IMG/VR virus record: IMGVR_UViG_3300016265_000851
Location: 1 to 33,755 of that record
Strand: one strand, 5' to 3'
From: a virus
Taxonomy: Duplodnaviria > Caudoviricetes
DNA: 33,755 nucleotides
Notes under the pieces: model-generated
What the model was told of the DNA's origin: nothing
Database searches by the model: none
Seen by the model: only the letters and a program-made list of their open reading frames with translations
Translations under genes and position numbers: made by a program
Shown here: positions 16,547-26,264 of the stretch, piece after piece
Numbering within the stretch: the first letter of the stretch is position 1
How the letters are laid out: each line of letters starts with the position of its first letter

Positions 16547-16989
16547 CGCTTCACTCCTAAAGCTATTCTTGCTCCGGCTGAATTGCTAACGCCAACTGGA
16601 TACCACCAATCAAGCCAGACTCCAAGATAGCTATTATCTGTGTCTCTTGCGTAGCCAGTAACTTCTATGGCAATTGCATACGCAAAATCTGACTGCAATT
16701 TATAGCCTTCAAATGTAAACGTAAGGTCTCCCATCCAATGACCAGTTGTCTGACCAATTGCAGCGTTATTAAATTGCTCCCAATTGCTATAAGCTATTGG
16801 TTCTTTGCCTTCTGCTTGGGACAAAATAAGACGCATCTGATAATCAAATGCTCCTGTTTTTTTATGATAAACCCTAAGATTTGCCAAAGACAATTCACCG
16901 TCTGAAGCTAGTTGATAACTACCTAGCTTAGTTATTGGCTCATTTAAGATATTAAAATAAGCTTCGTAGGGATATTTAAAGATGCTCAT
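16543..16989 (-). CDS. Tail-associated hypothetical protein
   Basis: Overlap-coupled ORF within the tail operon. Confidence 0.6.
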   Translation of the reverse strand: MSIFKYPYEAYFNILNEPITKLGSYQLASDGELSLANLRVYHKKTGAFDYQMRLILSQAEGKEPIAYSNWEQFNNAAIGQTTGHWMGDLTFTFEGYKLQSDFAYAIAIEVTGYARDTDNSYLGVWLDWWYPVGVSNSAGARIALGVKR

Positions 16990-18089
16990 AGCACCTCCCT
17001 AAGTTCAATTGATAAATTGTAATAATCCCTAAGAACGTGCTGCAACTGGAGCGCATTAGTCGCCGCAACATAATGCGTCATCTGAGCAAGATTGCTGCTG
17101 ACTTGCTTTTTAGGATCGATGCACAGAAAGAATGGTTTTTCTATGCCTAGATCATAAAATAATTGTTCCATTTCTAGTAATTCTTCAGCCCGCAAAAGCT
17201 GTACTGATATAGAATTAAGAGTTAAAACTTTCGGCCTTCTATCTACATAGAATGTTCCGTTTTCAGATACCAGTTTAACGCTTGTGTCTTCTCTGCTGCG
17301 GGTAAATCCGGTTGCTATATTTGTATTACTACAAATAACGGCCGATCCCATCCATGCCACTGCTATTTCTATTGCATCATTGGTAGGATCATTTATAAAA
17401 ATGCGCCAATATCTGCATGGCTGAGAAGGATCGCCAGCGAAAAATGCCCCTTGATCTGATACTTCAAAATCAAGATTAACTGGAATATCATCAAGCCAAT
17501 AGTCAATGTTATTACCTTGCATCTTTATGCTGGCAGCACTGCATGAAAAAGCATCATTTGCAGGAGGCAACAAAGCCGCAAAATCCATATTTTGAGGCAT
17601 TCCAAGATCTACTTTGATCCATACGCCGTTATTGTGGCGCATTTCATCCGCTTCAATCGAAGTCCCAACCTTGTCAGCAGTAGTCAAAAAGCCAAGAGTA
17701 GACCAAACAGAATCAGTCTGATTACTTAATTTAAATGTTTTGCTTCCACTTGTAGAAGTTATTTTAAAACCATTTGCTACCTTTGATAATGTAGCTGGAA
17801 TTGGAACAGGTGGCAGAGCTTCTGGAGCATAGACAGCCGCATTGAATGCCGTTATTAACTGGGCTTCCGAGTACGTTCCCTCTGCGATCTTATACGTTGT
17901 CGCATCAATATGAACCTTGCAGTTTTTTGAGTGAATCTCAAAGCTGTTCTCTGGTTTATACAATTTACTTCTAATCCCTGAAATTGCATTACTGAGAGGG
18001 TATCCCGTCTTAGCAACAGTCGCCGATAAAGTGGGCGCATCAAGATAATTATTGTAGGCAAATCTTGCATTTTTTATCGCTGTATTCAT
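16986..18089 (-). CDS. Distal tail (Dit-position) protein with discoidin-like motifs
   Basis: Directly after the tape measure; WIKVDLG and CRYWRI motifs resemble F5/8 type C domains. Confidence 0.6.
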   Translation of the reverse strand: MNTAIKNARFAYNNYLDAPTLSATVAKTGYPLSNAISGIRSKLYKPENSFEIHSKNCKVHIDATTYKIAEGTYSEAQLITAFNAAVYAPEALPPVPIPATLSKVANGFKITSTSGSKTFKLSNQTDSVWSTLGFLTTADKVGTSIEADEMRHNNGVWIKVDLGMPQNMDFAALLPPANDAFSCSAASIKMQGNNIDYWLDDIPVNLDFEVSDQGAFFAGDPSQPCRYWRIFINDPTNDAIEIAVAWMGSAVICSNTNIATGFTRSREDTSVKLVSENGTFYVDRRPKVLTLNSISVQLLRAEELLEMEQLFYDLGIEKPFFLCIDPKKQVSSNLAQMTHYVAATNALQLQHVLRDYYNLSIELREVL

Positions 18090-20461
18090 GCTCTCAGCCT
18101 TGCATTTTGTCTATTCAATTGGAGAATTATATCAGCAAAAGCTTGCTCTTTCACTTTTGCCTCTGTCTTTACTACTATTGGACCAGATACCGCTGCATAA
18201 ATAGCAGACAACATGGCAGCATCGCTGCCAGGAGCTTCTGATCTTTGGCTGTTTAAAAATGCTCCAAGTTCTCCAACCATATCCCTTGGCACAACCAACT
18301 CACCTGGCGTCAACATGGCTGGCACTGTATCAGTACCTCTTGGCTGAAAAAATCCATCCGCAGCGTATACAAGGCCACCTCTGCTAAACCATCTGTCAAA
18401 AGTTTCGGCGATTAAACCTCTGCCTCCACCTTTGCCACCAAAAGCACTTGCTATGGCATTGATTAAATCAGCTATCGGTTGAAATAGTTGTCCAATTAAT
18501 TCTGATAAAAATCCTAGAGCATCTTCTAATGGTTTGAATAAATCTTGAATTGGCTCAAAAATAGCATCTAAAGCATCGGCAAAAAATTTGCCTATTGCAT
18601 TACCAATTGCATTAGCACCGTTTACAACCGCATCTCTGAAAGCTACTGCTAAGGCTATTGCTATCCTTGGCGAAGCTCTTAACAGTGCTCCAACAATCCG
18701 CTCAAGTCCCCCCTTAAATAAAAGGACATCAATCAATGTGTCAATAACAACAGGAATAGCATCAGCGATTGCTTCAATAAATTGTGGTACATATTTTATA
18801 AATTCTTCTATAACTTTTTTAACTTGCTCTGGACCTTGTGAAAGTAATCCGGCAATCTGTGTTACGGCTCCTCCTATTCCTGGTAAAACCAAATCGGCAG
18901 CAGATCCAAATAATTGCGAAGTAAATTGCTTTGCTCCTTGCTCACCTTGTAATACTTGAGCTAATCCACCGCTCACTGCCCCAGCTACTGACTCAGTTGA
19001 TATTGCATCGCTTGAGAATAAAGAACCTAAAGCTGTTCTTACAGGGTTGGCAAAGCTAGTCTCAAAATCTTGTCTACGTTTTTCAAGTATTGACTTCCAT
19101 TCAGCAGCGGCCTCTTCTGCTGCTTTTTGAGCCTCATCACTTCCTTTTTTTGCTGTATCTTGTTCAATTTTTAATAATTGAGCAGCTGTATCTTGATTAA
19201 TCCTTATTCTTAAAGCAGATATTTCTTTTGCAGAAGCGGCTCCAGATTGTTTTGCAAAAGCATCAAGTTGTTTTAAGTCATCTTTTTGCTTTTGTAGTAC
19301 CTTTTCTTGCTCAGTTCCCCTGCCAGATATTATGCTTCCTTGAAATTTCTCAAATTGATCTCTAGTTTCTTTGGCCTTTTTTTGTAAGTCTTCTAATGCT
19401 TTGCCTGTGAGTTCTAATGATTTTGGAGCTTGTGTCACAGATATCTGGTTAAAACGCTCAAGAAGGCTGGCTGTAGCACTTGTTGCACCTTGAGTTTGCT
19501 GTACTATTCCTTTAAAACCTTCTGCTATAGCCTTTGATTGTCCACCTATATTGATGTCAGCAAATGCTTTTGTCTCTTCATTTAGTAATCTTTGTTGCTC
19601 TGCTGCTGCTTGAATTAACCCACCTGCTCCAGGATAAAATGCGCTGGCAGATATAATATTTTTATCTTCTTGAAGTTGTCTTCTTTTTAAAGCTTCCGTT
19701 ACGCCGTCAATGCCTTCGGCAGTTGCTTTTAGAGCTTCTTGAACGGCAGGACTTTCTGTGACCGTTCTTCCTATTTCTTTAAGGAAGTCTCCAAATGAGT
19801 TACTAAGCTGTCCAAGGCGTCCGCTAAATGTATCAAGATCCTTAGCAGCAGCTCCACCAAATTTCTTTGAAACCAAGTCGATGGCATCGCCAGCTTCTAG
19901 TTGAGCTTTAGTTAAATTTCTAAACTCTTCTCCGTAATTTCCAAGTTTTCCAACTGTTCCATCAAACGTACCACCCAAAAGCCTTACAGCAGATTCGACA
20001 TCGGTGCCTGTAGCAGCCGCTAAATCAATGGCCGCAACCGTCAACTCTTTAGCTTTATCTGTAGAAATTCCAAAATTTTGGGCTGTAATAAATGTAGATT
20101 TAACCAGGTCATCAGATACGCCGGTTGCATCTTTAATAGCATCCGCAAAGTCTAGGATGCCTTGAACAGTATCAGAGCTTGCATCACCTACGGCCAATAA
20201 ACTGGCTTCAATCTGGCGGGTAAGTTTTGCATCCTCTACGGCATCATTTATTCCTTTTTGAATAGAAAGAAACCCACCGACAACTGCGCCAATGGGTCCG
20301 GCTAGTCTTAAGGCACCTGCTTTAAATGTATTAAAAAAATTATTAGATTGTTTCTCTGTATTGCTTAAAGCCTTTGTGCTTTCCCTGCCAAAGTCATCAA
20401 TGGCCTTCTGCGCATCCTTGGCATCGACATTAATTTGAATGGTAACGTCATTTTCTGCCAT
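18086..20461 (-). CDS. Tail tape measure protein (791 aa)
   Basis: Ala-rich helical sequence, FGGAA...DTFSGRL.QL.N, C-terminal GG.V...GTDTVPAMLTPGELVV motif; follows the chaperones. Confidence 0.92.
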   Translation of the reverse strand: MAENDVTIQINVDAKDAQKAIDDFGRESTKALSNTEKQSNNFFNTFKAGALRLAGPIGAVVGGFLSIQKGINDAVEDAKLTRQIEASLLAVGDASSDTVQGILDFADAIKDATGVSDDLVKSTFITAQNFGISTDKAKELTVAAIDLAAATGTDVESAVRLLGGTFDGTVGKLGNYGEEFRNLTKAQLEAGDAIDLVSKKFGGAAAKDLDTFSGRLGQLSNSFGDFLKEIGRTVTESPAVQEALKATAEGIDGVTEALKRRQLQEDKNIISASAFYPGAGGLIQAAAEQQRLLNEETKAFADINIGGQSKAIAEGFKGIVQQTQGATSATASLLERFNQISVTQAPKSLELTGKALEDLQKKAKETRDQFEKFQGSIISGRGTEQEKVLQKQKDDLKQLDAFAKQSGAASAKEISALRIRINQDTAAQLLKIEQDTAKKGSDEAQKAAEEAAAEWKSILEKRRQDFETSFANPVRTALGSLFSSDAISTESVAGAVSGGLAQVLQGEQGAKQFTSQLFGSAADLVLPGIGGAVTQIAGLLSQGPEQVKKVIEEFIKYVPQFIEAIADAIPVVIDTLIDVLLFKGGLERIVGALLRASPRIAIALAVAFRDAVVNGANAIGNAIGKFFADALDAIFEPIQDLFKPLEDALGFLSELIGQLFQPIADLINAIASAFGGKGGGRGLIAETFDRWFSRGGLVYAADGFFQPRGTDTVPAMLTPGELVVPRDMVGELGAFLNSQRSEAPGSDAAMLSAIYAAVSGPIVVKTEAKVKEQAFADIILQLNRQNARLRA

Positions 20462-20690
20462 GTTTTGACCTCATGTCTTCAGCTTGGCATTTATCCAGTT
20501 CAACGTCGATTATACCAAAAATCTCAGCTTTAAGCGCACTGACGCTAGAAATATCTGAAGTCACTCCTAACTTCGCCAATCTCTTGCGCTGTATGTATTC
20601 AGCTACGAACGGTGCCGCCTCATTTTGTAAACTTGAGCCTTTATAAGAAGCCCTTGTTTGCATCCTGATGGCGGCCTTCAGCCGTTTCCC
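20448..20690 (-). CDS. Tail assembly chaperone extension (gpT-like), reached by -1 frameshift
   Basis: The -1 frame is open from the slippery site (KRLKAAIRMQTRASY...) to the stop at 20448. Confidence 0.8.
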   Translation of the reverse strand, partial: GKRLKAAIRMQTRASYKGSSLQNEAAPFVAEYIQRKRLAKLGVTSDISSVSALKAEIFGIIDVELDKCQAEDMRSKHGRK

Positions 20691-21031
20691 ACTTTAAATC
20701 CGTTCAACATCATGGCAGCAACTTCAACCATGGTGCTATGTAGATCCTCAACATACTGCATATCGTCAAACGATTTTACTTCTTCGCTAGTCTTTTTGTT
20801 TTTTAAACTTACTTCTACATAATGTGCTTGGGACATTTTGACCATTTCTCTGACGCTCTTAAGTTTTTGGTGAGCGTCACCTTCTACAGTACCGTCATCC
20901 TTGACAGTAACTTGAAGTCTTTCTAAATAGTCAAATTTTTCATCAAATGTAGGCAAGCGGAGAACAATGAAGCCCTCCCAAGCCGCATTGTCTCCCTTGC
21001 ACACCGTTGGCACAATCTTGATTGTTTTCAC
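20678..21031 (-). CDS. Tail assembly chaperone (gpG-like)
   Basis: Lies between tail tube and tape measure; GTG start with GAGG RBS; ends in a slippery heptamer. Confidence 0.85.
   Translation of the reverse strand: MKTIKIVPTVCKGDNAAWEGFIVLRLPTFDEKFDYLERLQVTVKDDGTVEGDAHQKLKSVREMVKMSQAHYVEVSLKNKKTSEEVKSFDDMQYVEDLHSTMVEVAAMMLNGFKVGNG
20684..20690 (-). other. Programmed -1 ribosomal frameshift site G GGA AAC
   Basis: In-frame X XXY YYZ heptamer one codon before the TGA. Confidence 0.85.
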
Positions 21032-21040
21032 AGTTACCTC

Positions 21041-22531
21041 TTAGACAAAGGCAACGTATACCTCACCATCACCGTCTGAGTTTACAAACGCTTGCAACTC
21101 AAGGTCTAACTGAGCCAATCCATCGGCATCAGAAATTGAGAATGAGGAAATAGTTGCGGTTGGAACATACAAGCATCCTGCCTTACCTGGTGCCCAATTA
21201 CCACCGCTTTTTTGACCAAAGCTGTATTGAAATTTAACATCTGTATTTGTACGGAATCGCTCAAACTGCTTGGCGTCATATTTCTCAAGCAAAGCAGATA
21301 CGGCAATCGTCACAGTCCTAGCGTTGATGATCGATCCACCTACACCAGATGCAGCGCATACGGATGGAATATCAGACTTTGGTGTGTCGATTGTCATCGA
21401 TACTGAGCCAGCTTTGAAGCAAGCAAACTCAGAAGCAAGGCCAATCATAACCTCATTGTCTTTTGCGGCCAGAGGATCGGCAGCATCAAACGTAGGAGCT
21501 TGTGGGCTGGATAGGTCAAGAGCAAGGTCTGACTCATAGCTAAGTGCGCCAGTGTCATCAGCAGTAAAGCCTAGAACGGCTCCGGCTGTATCTGTTCCAG
21601 TTGCCCAATCAATTGCAAGTGTGCCAGCAGCTTTGCTAACAGTGAACTTTCCAGTAACAGAGCTATAAGCACAGGCGATCGCTGTACCAGCGGCCGCAGT
21701 CATGGCAACAGCAACGGCGTCAGCCAATTCAATTGGAGTCTTATAAAGTTTTTGCTCAAGCGTAGCTGTTACAGTTCCAGCTCCTACATCAAGATCAATC
21801 TTATCCGCTCCGGCTTCTATTTCCATAGGATCGAAGTAATAACCTACACCTTCAAGGCTGTAGCTTGCATTGATAAGCTCACCAGCGGTGATATCGATGC
21901 TTGCAGACGTAACCCTAGATCCTGCCATAGCTTGCAGAGCGCCACCTTGTCCAAGGTAATGCCAAAGAGTCAATGTAGGATGAGCTTCGTTTGCTGGTTT
22001 ATAGAGTACGCATTTACCTAGATTTGTAGCGGCTGGAGTAGCCACAGGAGTTTGAAAGCTAAGAGCTAGATCATCGCCTGCAACGTCATCAACGCAACGG
22101 ATGCGGTAACCATTGGCTGCGTCTTTAATTAGAACAGCTTGACCTCTTTCAAATTGTGCGCCTTCTCCTGCGCCAACTTTAAGAGCCGATACTGTAGATC
22201 CGGCAGCGGTATCGTATTCAACGGCCGCAACTGATTTTGCACCCATACAGGCTTCAAGCAAAAGGCCATAATTTGGCTCTTGGCCTTCTACACCAGATGC
22301 TCTGAGATAATGTGACAACGAAGCAGTTGGAGCTTCTGCGCCAATAATTGCTTTTGCTTGACCAATGGATGCTTTTAGCTCTGCGTTCTCAAGCAGGTTA
22401 AAGCCACCTTGCATAGTAAAGTCATCTTGTAGCGCAACATAATCGGTTGCTGCGGATGGCTTCGCAGGAGAACCTTCCGTAACTTCTTTTTTAATAGCTA
22501 GAACGCTATTTCTTGTTTGAATCGATGCCAT
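21041..22531 (-). CDS. Major tail tube protein with inserted domains
   Basis: Position before the chaperones; N-terminal LAIKKE.TEG and C-terminal beta-rich tube pattern; strong RBS. Confidence 0.82.
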   Translation of the reverse strand: MASIQTRNSVLAIKKEVTEGSPAKPSAATDYVALQDDFTMQGGFNLLENAELKASIGQAKAIIGAEAPTASLSHYLRASGVEGQEPNYGLLLEACMGAKSVAAVEYDTAAGSTVSALKVGAGEGAQFERGQAVLIKDAANGYRIRCVDDVAGDDLALSFQTPVATPAATNLGKCVLYKPANEAHPTLTLWHYLGQGGALQAMAGSRVTSASIDITAGELINASYSLEGVGYYFDPMEIEAGADKIDLDVGAGTVTATLEQKLYKTPIELADAVAVAMTAAAGTAIACAYSSVTGKFTVSKAAGTLAIDWATGTDTAGAVLGFTADDTGALSYESDLALDLSSPQAPTFDAADPLAAKDNEVMIGLASEFACFKAGSVSMTIDTPKSDIPSVCAASGVGGSIINARTVTIAVSALLEKYDAKQFERFRTNTDVKFQYSFGQKSGGNWAPGKAGCLYVPTATISSFSISDADGLAQLDLELQAFVNSDGDGEVYVAFV

Positions 22532-22558
22532 CCTTGGCTCCTTTAAATTGATTAGCTG

Positions 22559-23014
22559 TTAGTTGACAGGCTCCTGATATTCTACCCGTAAAGTTATCTC
22601 TAGCGCAAGATACTTGGACTCTGCGCCTTGGATATAATTAATGCCAGAATCATCGGTTATTACTGCTTTAATGCACTTAGTTGACAGTGTTGAATCTGTC
22701 TCAAAGGCTAACAAAATAGCCCTCTGAGCGTCAACAATATCCTTCTCGACCGATGCTCTGCCTTCGGTATCATTCTCAGTATTTACGACCTGAGTTACAA
22801 GGCCAATAGTGTAATCTCTTTCCCAGGTAGCTATGCAGCCTACATATCTTTCTGTGTTTGTTCCTGCGCCGATAGCTAAACCAAAAGCCTTGCGAAGTAA
22901 GATTGCTGTATTTTCATCAAGGCTGTAAGGATTTGGCACCCGTTTAAACTCTGGCAAAACAAGCTCAAGTTTATCGATTATTGCTTCATAGATATCAGCT
23001 ACAGGTGTCGTCAT
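22559..23014 (-). CDS. Tail terminator-like protein
   Basis: 151 aa, immediately before the tail tube gene, ends EITLRVEY. Confidence 0.65.
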   Translation of the reverse strand: MTTPVADIYEAIIDKLELVLPEFKRVPNPYSLDENTAILLRKAFGLAIGAGTNTERYVGCIATWERDYTIGLVTQVVNTENDTEGRASVEKDIVDAQRAILLAFETDSTLSTKCIKAVITDDSGINYIQGAESKYLALEITLRVEYQEPVN

Positions 23015-23826
23015 CTTGTCATAAATCCTGATTTTCTAGTAATTTCATCAACTTCCACATGGCCATTTTGGTTTACGTCAATCGCAAAAACTCTGCTGGC
23101 CATTTCTTCTTGAAAGCGTTTTTTAGCTTCATTTACATGATCCCGATATGGAGCACCAAAAGCTTGGTAAATCATTTCAGCAACCTTATGAGCCGATGCA
23201 TCTTCAAAAACTGACCAATCAATGATCTGGCCTCTGTCTATTGCTATATTTCTTTTTCTAAGATCCTTAACAATAGCTTCAGCAGCCATGAAATGTTGCT
23301 CATCCCAGGTAGTTTTCCCAGTCTTAAAACCGTTTAAAATTGTTGATTGCATGAGGTCAGGGTACATTGAAGCCATCAATGTGTCATCAGAAAATTTTTG
23401 CCCAATATAAGCAACTCCGGCCGTAAAATCATTAGGCCAAGATATGCGCATCCAGTAACGGTTATAGATTTGAAAGCTGCTAAGACCAACATCTTCGCTT
23501 TTTTGCTCAGAGTTCCAGCCGCCGTCAATATGTAAAGACCAGCTAATCCGGCCTGATTTAGCCATTCCTTCTGTCTGATCGATAATGTCCACAACATCGT
23601 ACCAGCTTCCATTGAACCAGACTTCAATCATTGGTGCGCCTGATCCACCAGCAGCAGGAGTAGTAAGTTGCATCCATAAATTGTTGAAAGGACAATTTGC
23701 AGCTATATAAATGTGCTTTCCTGTCTCATAATTAAGCGCATAAGTACCAACCCTGAAATCACCAACTGCAACGGAAATATCAGTGGTATTGTATATGACT
23801 CTTTGAGTAATTAAGCTGACAGTCAT
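23011..23826 (-). CDS. Head-tail connector/adaptor-like protein with extra N-terminal domain
   Basis: Helical C-terminal half; position between head and tail modules. Confidence 0.55.
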   Translation of the reverse strand: MTVSLITQRVIYNTTDISVAVGDFRVGTYALNYETGKHIYIAANCPFNNLWMQLTTPAAGGSGAPMIEVWFNGSWYDVVDIIDQTEGMAKSGRISWSLHIDGGWNSEQKSEDVGLSSFQIYNRYWMRISWPNDFTAGVAYIGQKFSDDTLMASMYPDLMQSTILNGFKTGKTTWDEQHFMAAEAIVKDLRKRNIAIDRGQIIDWSVFEDASAHKVAEMIYQAFGAPYRDHVNEAKKRFQEEMASRVFAIDVNQNGHVEVDEITRKSGFMTR

Positions 23827-23846
23827 TTTTGCACCCTAGAGACAAT

Positions 23847-23872
23847 GGGCAGGGGGATTTCTCCCCCCGCCT
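23847..23872 (-). terminator. GC-rich hairpin, possible weak terminator
   Basis: Minus strand AGGCGGGGGGA-GAAA-TCCCCCTGCCC with a poor U tract. Confidence 0.45.
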
Positions 23873-23880
23873 TTGGTTAA

Positions 23881-23955
23881 TTAAGCTTCAACTTGTGGCA
23901 GTTCTCTTTCTGGTAATTCTTTTTCTTCTTTAGGTAATGGTAATGGTGCAGGCAT
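23881..23955 (-). CDS. 24-aa Pro/Glu-rich microprotein (not in ORF track)
   Basis: MPAPLPLPKEEKELPERELPQVEA with AAGGAG 7 nt upstream; fills the intergenic gap. Confidence 0.6.
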   Translation of the reverse strand: MPAPLPLPKEEKELPERELPQVEA

Positions 23956-23966
23956 TTTAAATCTCC

Positions 23967-26243
23967 TTATTTAAGATATTGAACGTGAACTTTGTCGCCA
24001 GCTTCAAGTTTGCTTGGGCTTGGATCTACCAAGTCACCAATAAACGTAATGCGGGTAACTCCACCTACAGTCGATAGCGTATAGCTTTCGCCTTCAATGT
24101 GAACGACACCGCCAGACATAACAAGCATTGTGTCAACAGCAGCCAAATGAGCGCAGTCTACATATGCGTTAGCGATATCGCCAGCGGATAAAGTGAATGT
24201 CTCTTTTTTGCCACTTAATGCACCACCGCCTACGGCAGCGTCAAGCTGTGCTTTTGTAACAGCATCTTGAGGTGCTGTACCGTCTGCTAGGTTGGTTATC
24301 TTGGCAGAAGTCATATCAAGCTCACGGGCCTTGACCTGTACTTTACCTCTAACACCTGTACCACTTACGGCCGCTGTCTCAAGTTCGATGTTACCACCAG
24401 ATACGTTTGCTTGAAGACCATAAGCATCTGGTTGAATAAAGATGCTGCGCCCTGCACTGTCACCCGCTGGATCATAATTTTCCATAGCAGACAGCAAGTA
24501 CATATCTGTACCGGCACTTGCATGAACATACGCAAAATGGAACATCCATTGTTTGCCCCAATCGCCCAAATTATGGGTATTGTTGGCAAGCGGCTTCAGC
24601 ATTTGAGTTTCAAGGTCATGGTTGATTCTTGGTGTAAGAGCTACCAAGTTTCCATTATTTAGCTTCTGAGTGCTGGACTTACCCTGAGAATCCAAATCAC
24701 AGTCAACATAAGACGATACGCCGTCGATGATTAGATTTTCAACGTAGCAGCTTTTTAGAAATGCGCTACATCTACGGTTAAAATCATTAACAGTTGTGTT
24801 TAGTCTTAGCGTACCACTGATAGATCCACCAGTAGCAGCAAAGATTGTAGCCATGCCACCATTAGGATGCTGATTAAGCGTAACGTTTCCGTAGAAAATG
24901 TTGTTAGTAGCAACACCTAAGTTAATACCGCTAACAGTCATTGCTCCAAAAACAATACAAGCGTTCATCTGTGCTTGAGCGATTGCATTATTATGGCCAT
25001 ACATCGCCAAAGTAGACGCAAAGACTACTTCATTGAAGTACAGTTTTCCAGCCGGAGATGTAACTGTTGCCCAGTTAAAATCAGCAGCAGAAACAAATGT
25101 AAGCATCGAAGCACCGGAGCGACAATCTTGGCTTGAAGCTTGATTGAAGTCAGCGTTCATGCTAACCGCACCAGTAATCCTAACAGATTCTTTGCTTTCA
25201 CCGACTAGGAATACGTTGGCTTTAATCGATACGCTTGCCTCTGTATATGCACCGGCAGCAATCTTAATGACGTAACGCTTGCTAGGTGTAGCATCTGTAA
25301 TGCTTGCCATAGCAGCAGCGATTGTCAAATAAGGCTTCTCTTGGCTTCCATCAGAAGTTGCATCAACTCCGCTTTTGGCAACGTGCTTAATCTGAGCCAT
25401 TGGAGCCGATGTGCTAATCGTCTGCCAAGTCAAATCGCCTCTGAGATACTGGCTAGTTGTTCCAGTTCCAAGGCTGTTTTGTTTTGCAGCAAGCTCATCA
25501 GCCAAAGCAGCTTCGGCAGCCGATGCAAAGTCTGTAATGTCAGCAGCCACATGGGTATGAGAAGCATCTGCTTTTGAGGCTAATCCATCGTCTACATATT
25601 GCTTATGTGCTGCATCACCTGGATTAATAGGATCGGCAAGATTGATAATTGAAATAGAATCCATATCCAAAACGCCGGACATAGTTCCACCAGACTTGTC
25701 AAGCTTTCCATCAAGCGAAGCAGACAAGGCGGCTTGTGCTCTTTCATCAGTAAAATAAAGGTTTGTTACACCTTCTGGAACAGCGTCAGTAGATCCTGGG
25801 CTTGCTGAAATTTCTATATATACAGTGCCAGACCAGCGATAAACTTTGTTAGTGTCTTGAGCAACGTATAGCTTACCTGCGCTGCCTTCCTCTGGGAATG
25901 ATGCAAGGTCAGCATACTCTTCGATATCATCAACAAATCCTGGAAGCTGTGCAGATGGTACTTTGCCACTTTCATCAAGTTCAGCAAATCCATTTGGCTG
26001 TCCTTTTTGACCAAATACAGCATTAGCCAAAGCACCAACTAAACTTGCTACATCTGGATTTCCTTCAAGATTACCAATTTTAAGATCAGTATAACCATTG
26101 GCAGCAGCTTCAGCTGCGTCTGCTTCATCGCTTGCCTTTTGATCGACGTAAACTTTTCTTGCTAAGTCTTTTGGATCGACTGGATCGTTGTTAGACTGGA
26201 TAGCAATATCCTTGTCTACAAACTTACCTTTGACTAATGCCAT
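23967..26243 (-). CDS. Head-region fibre protein with pectin-lyase-like beta-helix and adhesin stalk motifs (758 aa)
   Basis: ELDESGKVPSAQLP, TDAVPEG.TNLYFT, HVAKSG.D...GS.EKPYLTI.AA...IKIAAGAY.E, KITNLADGT.PQDAVTKAQL. Confidence 0.75.
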   Translation of the reverse strand: MALVKGKFVDKDIAIQSNNDPVDPKDLARKVYVDQKASDEADAAEAAANGYTDLKIGNLEGNPDVASLVGALANAVFGQKGQPNGFAELDESGKVPSAQLPGFVDDIEEYADLASFPEEGSAGKLYVAQDTNKVYRWSGTVYIEISASPGSTDAVPEGVTNLYFTDERAQAALSASLDGKLDKSGGTMSGVLDMDSISIINLADPINPGDAAHKQYVDDGLASKADASHTHVAADITDFASAAEAALADELAAKQNSLGTGTTSQYLRGDLTWQTISTSAPMAQIKHVAKSGVDATSDGSQEKPYLTIAAAMASITDATPSKRYVIKIAAGAYTEASVSIKANVFLVGESKESVRITGAVSMNADFNQASSQDCRSGASMLTFVSAADFNWATVTSPAGKLYFNEVVFASTLAMYGHNNAIAQAQMNACIVFGAMTVSGINLGVATNNIFYGNVTLNQHPNGGMATIFAATGGSISGTLRLNTTVNDFNRRCSAFLKSCYVENLIIDGVSSYVDCDLDSQGKSSTQKLNNGNLVALTPRINHDLETQMLKPLANNTHNLGDWGKQWMFHFAYVHASAGTDMYLLSAMENYDPAGDSAGRSIFIQPDAYGLQANVSGGNIELETAAVSGTGVRGKVQVKARELDMTSAKITNLADGTAPQDAVTKAQLDAAVGGGALSGKKETFTLSAGDIANAYVDCAHLAAVDTMLVMSGGVVHIEGESYTLSTVGGVTRITFIGDLVDPSPSKLEAGDKVHVQYLK

Positions 26244-26264
26244 GGTTTTGATTCTCCTTTAATT

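Noticed and set aside
21041-22531. Contractile tail sheath, suggested by the 496-aa size
   Set aside because: No separate tube or baseplate wedge genes. The gene is followed directly by chaperones and tape measure, and the extra length is explained by inserted domains.
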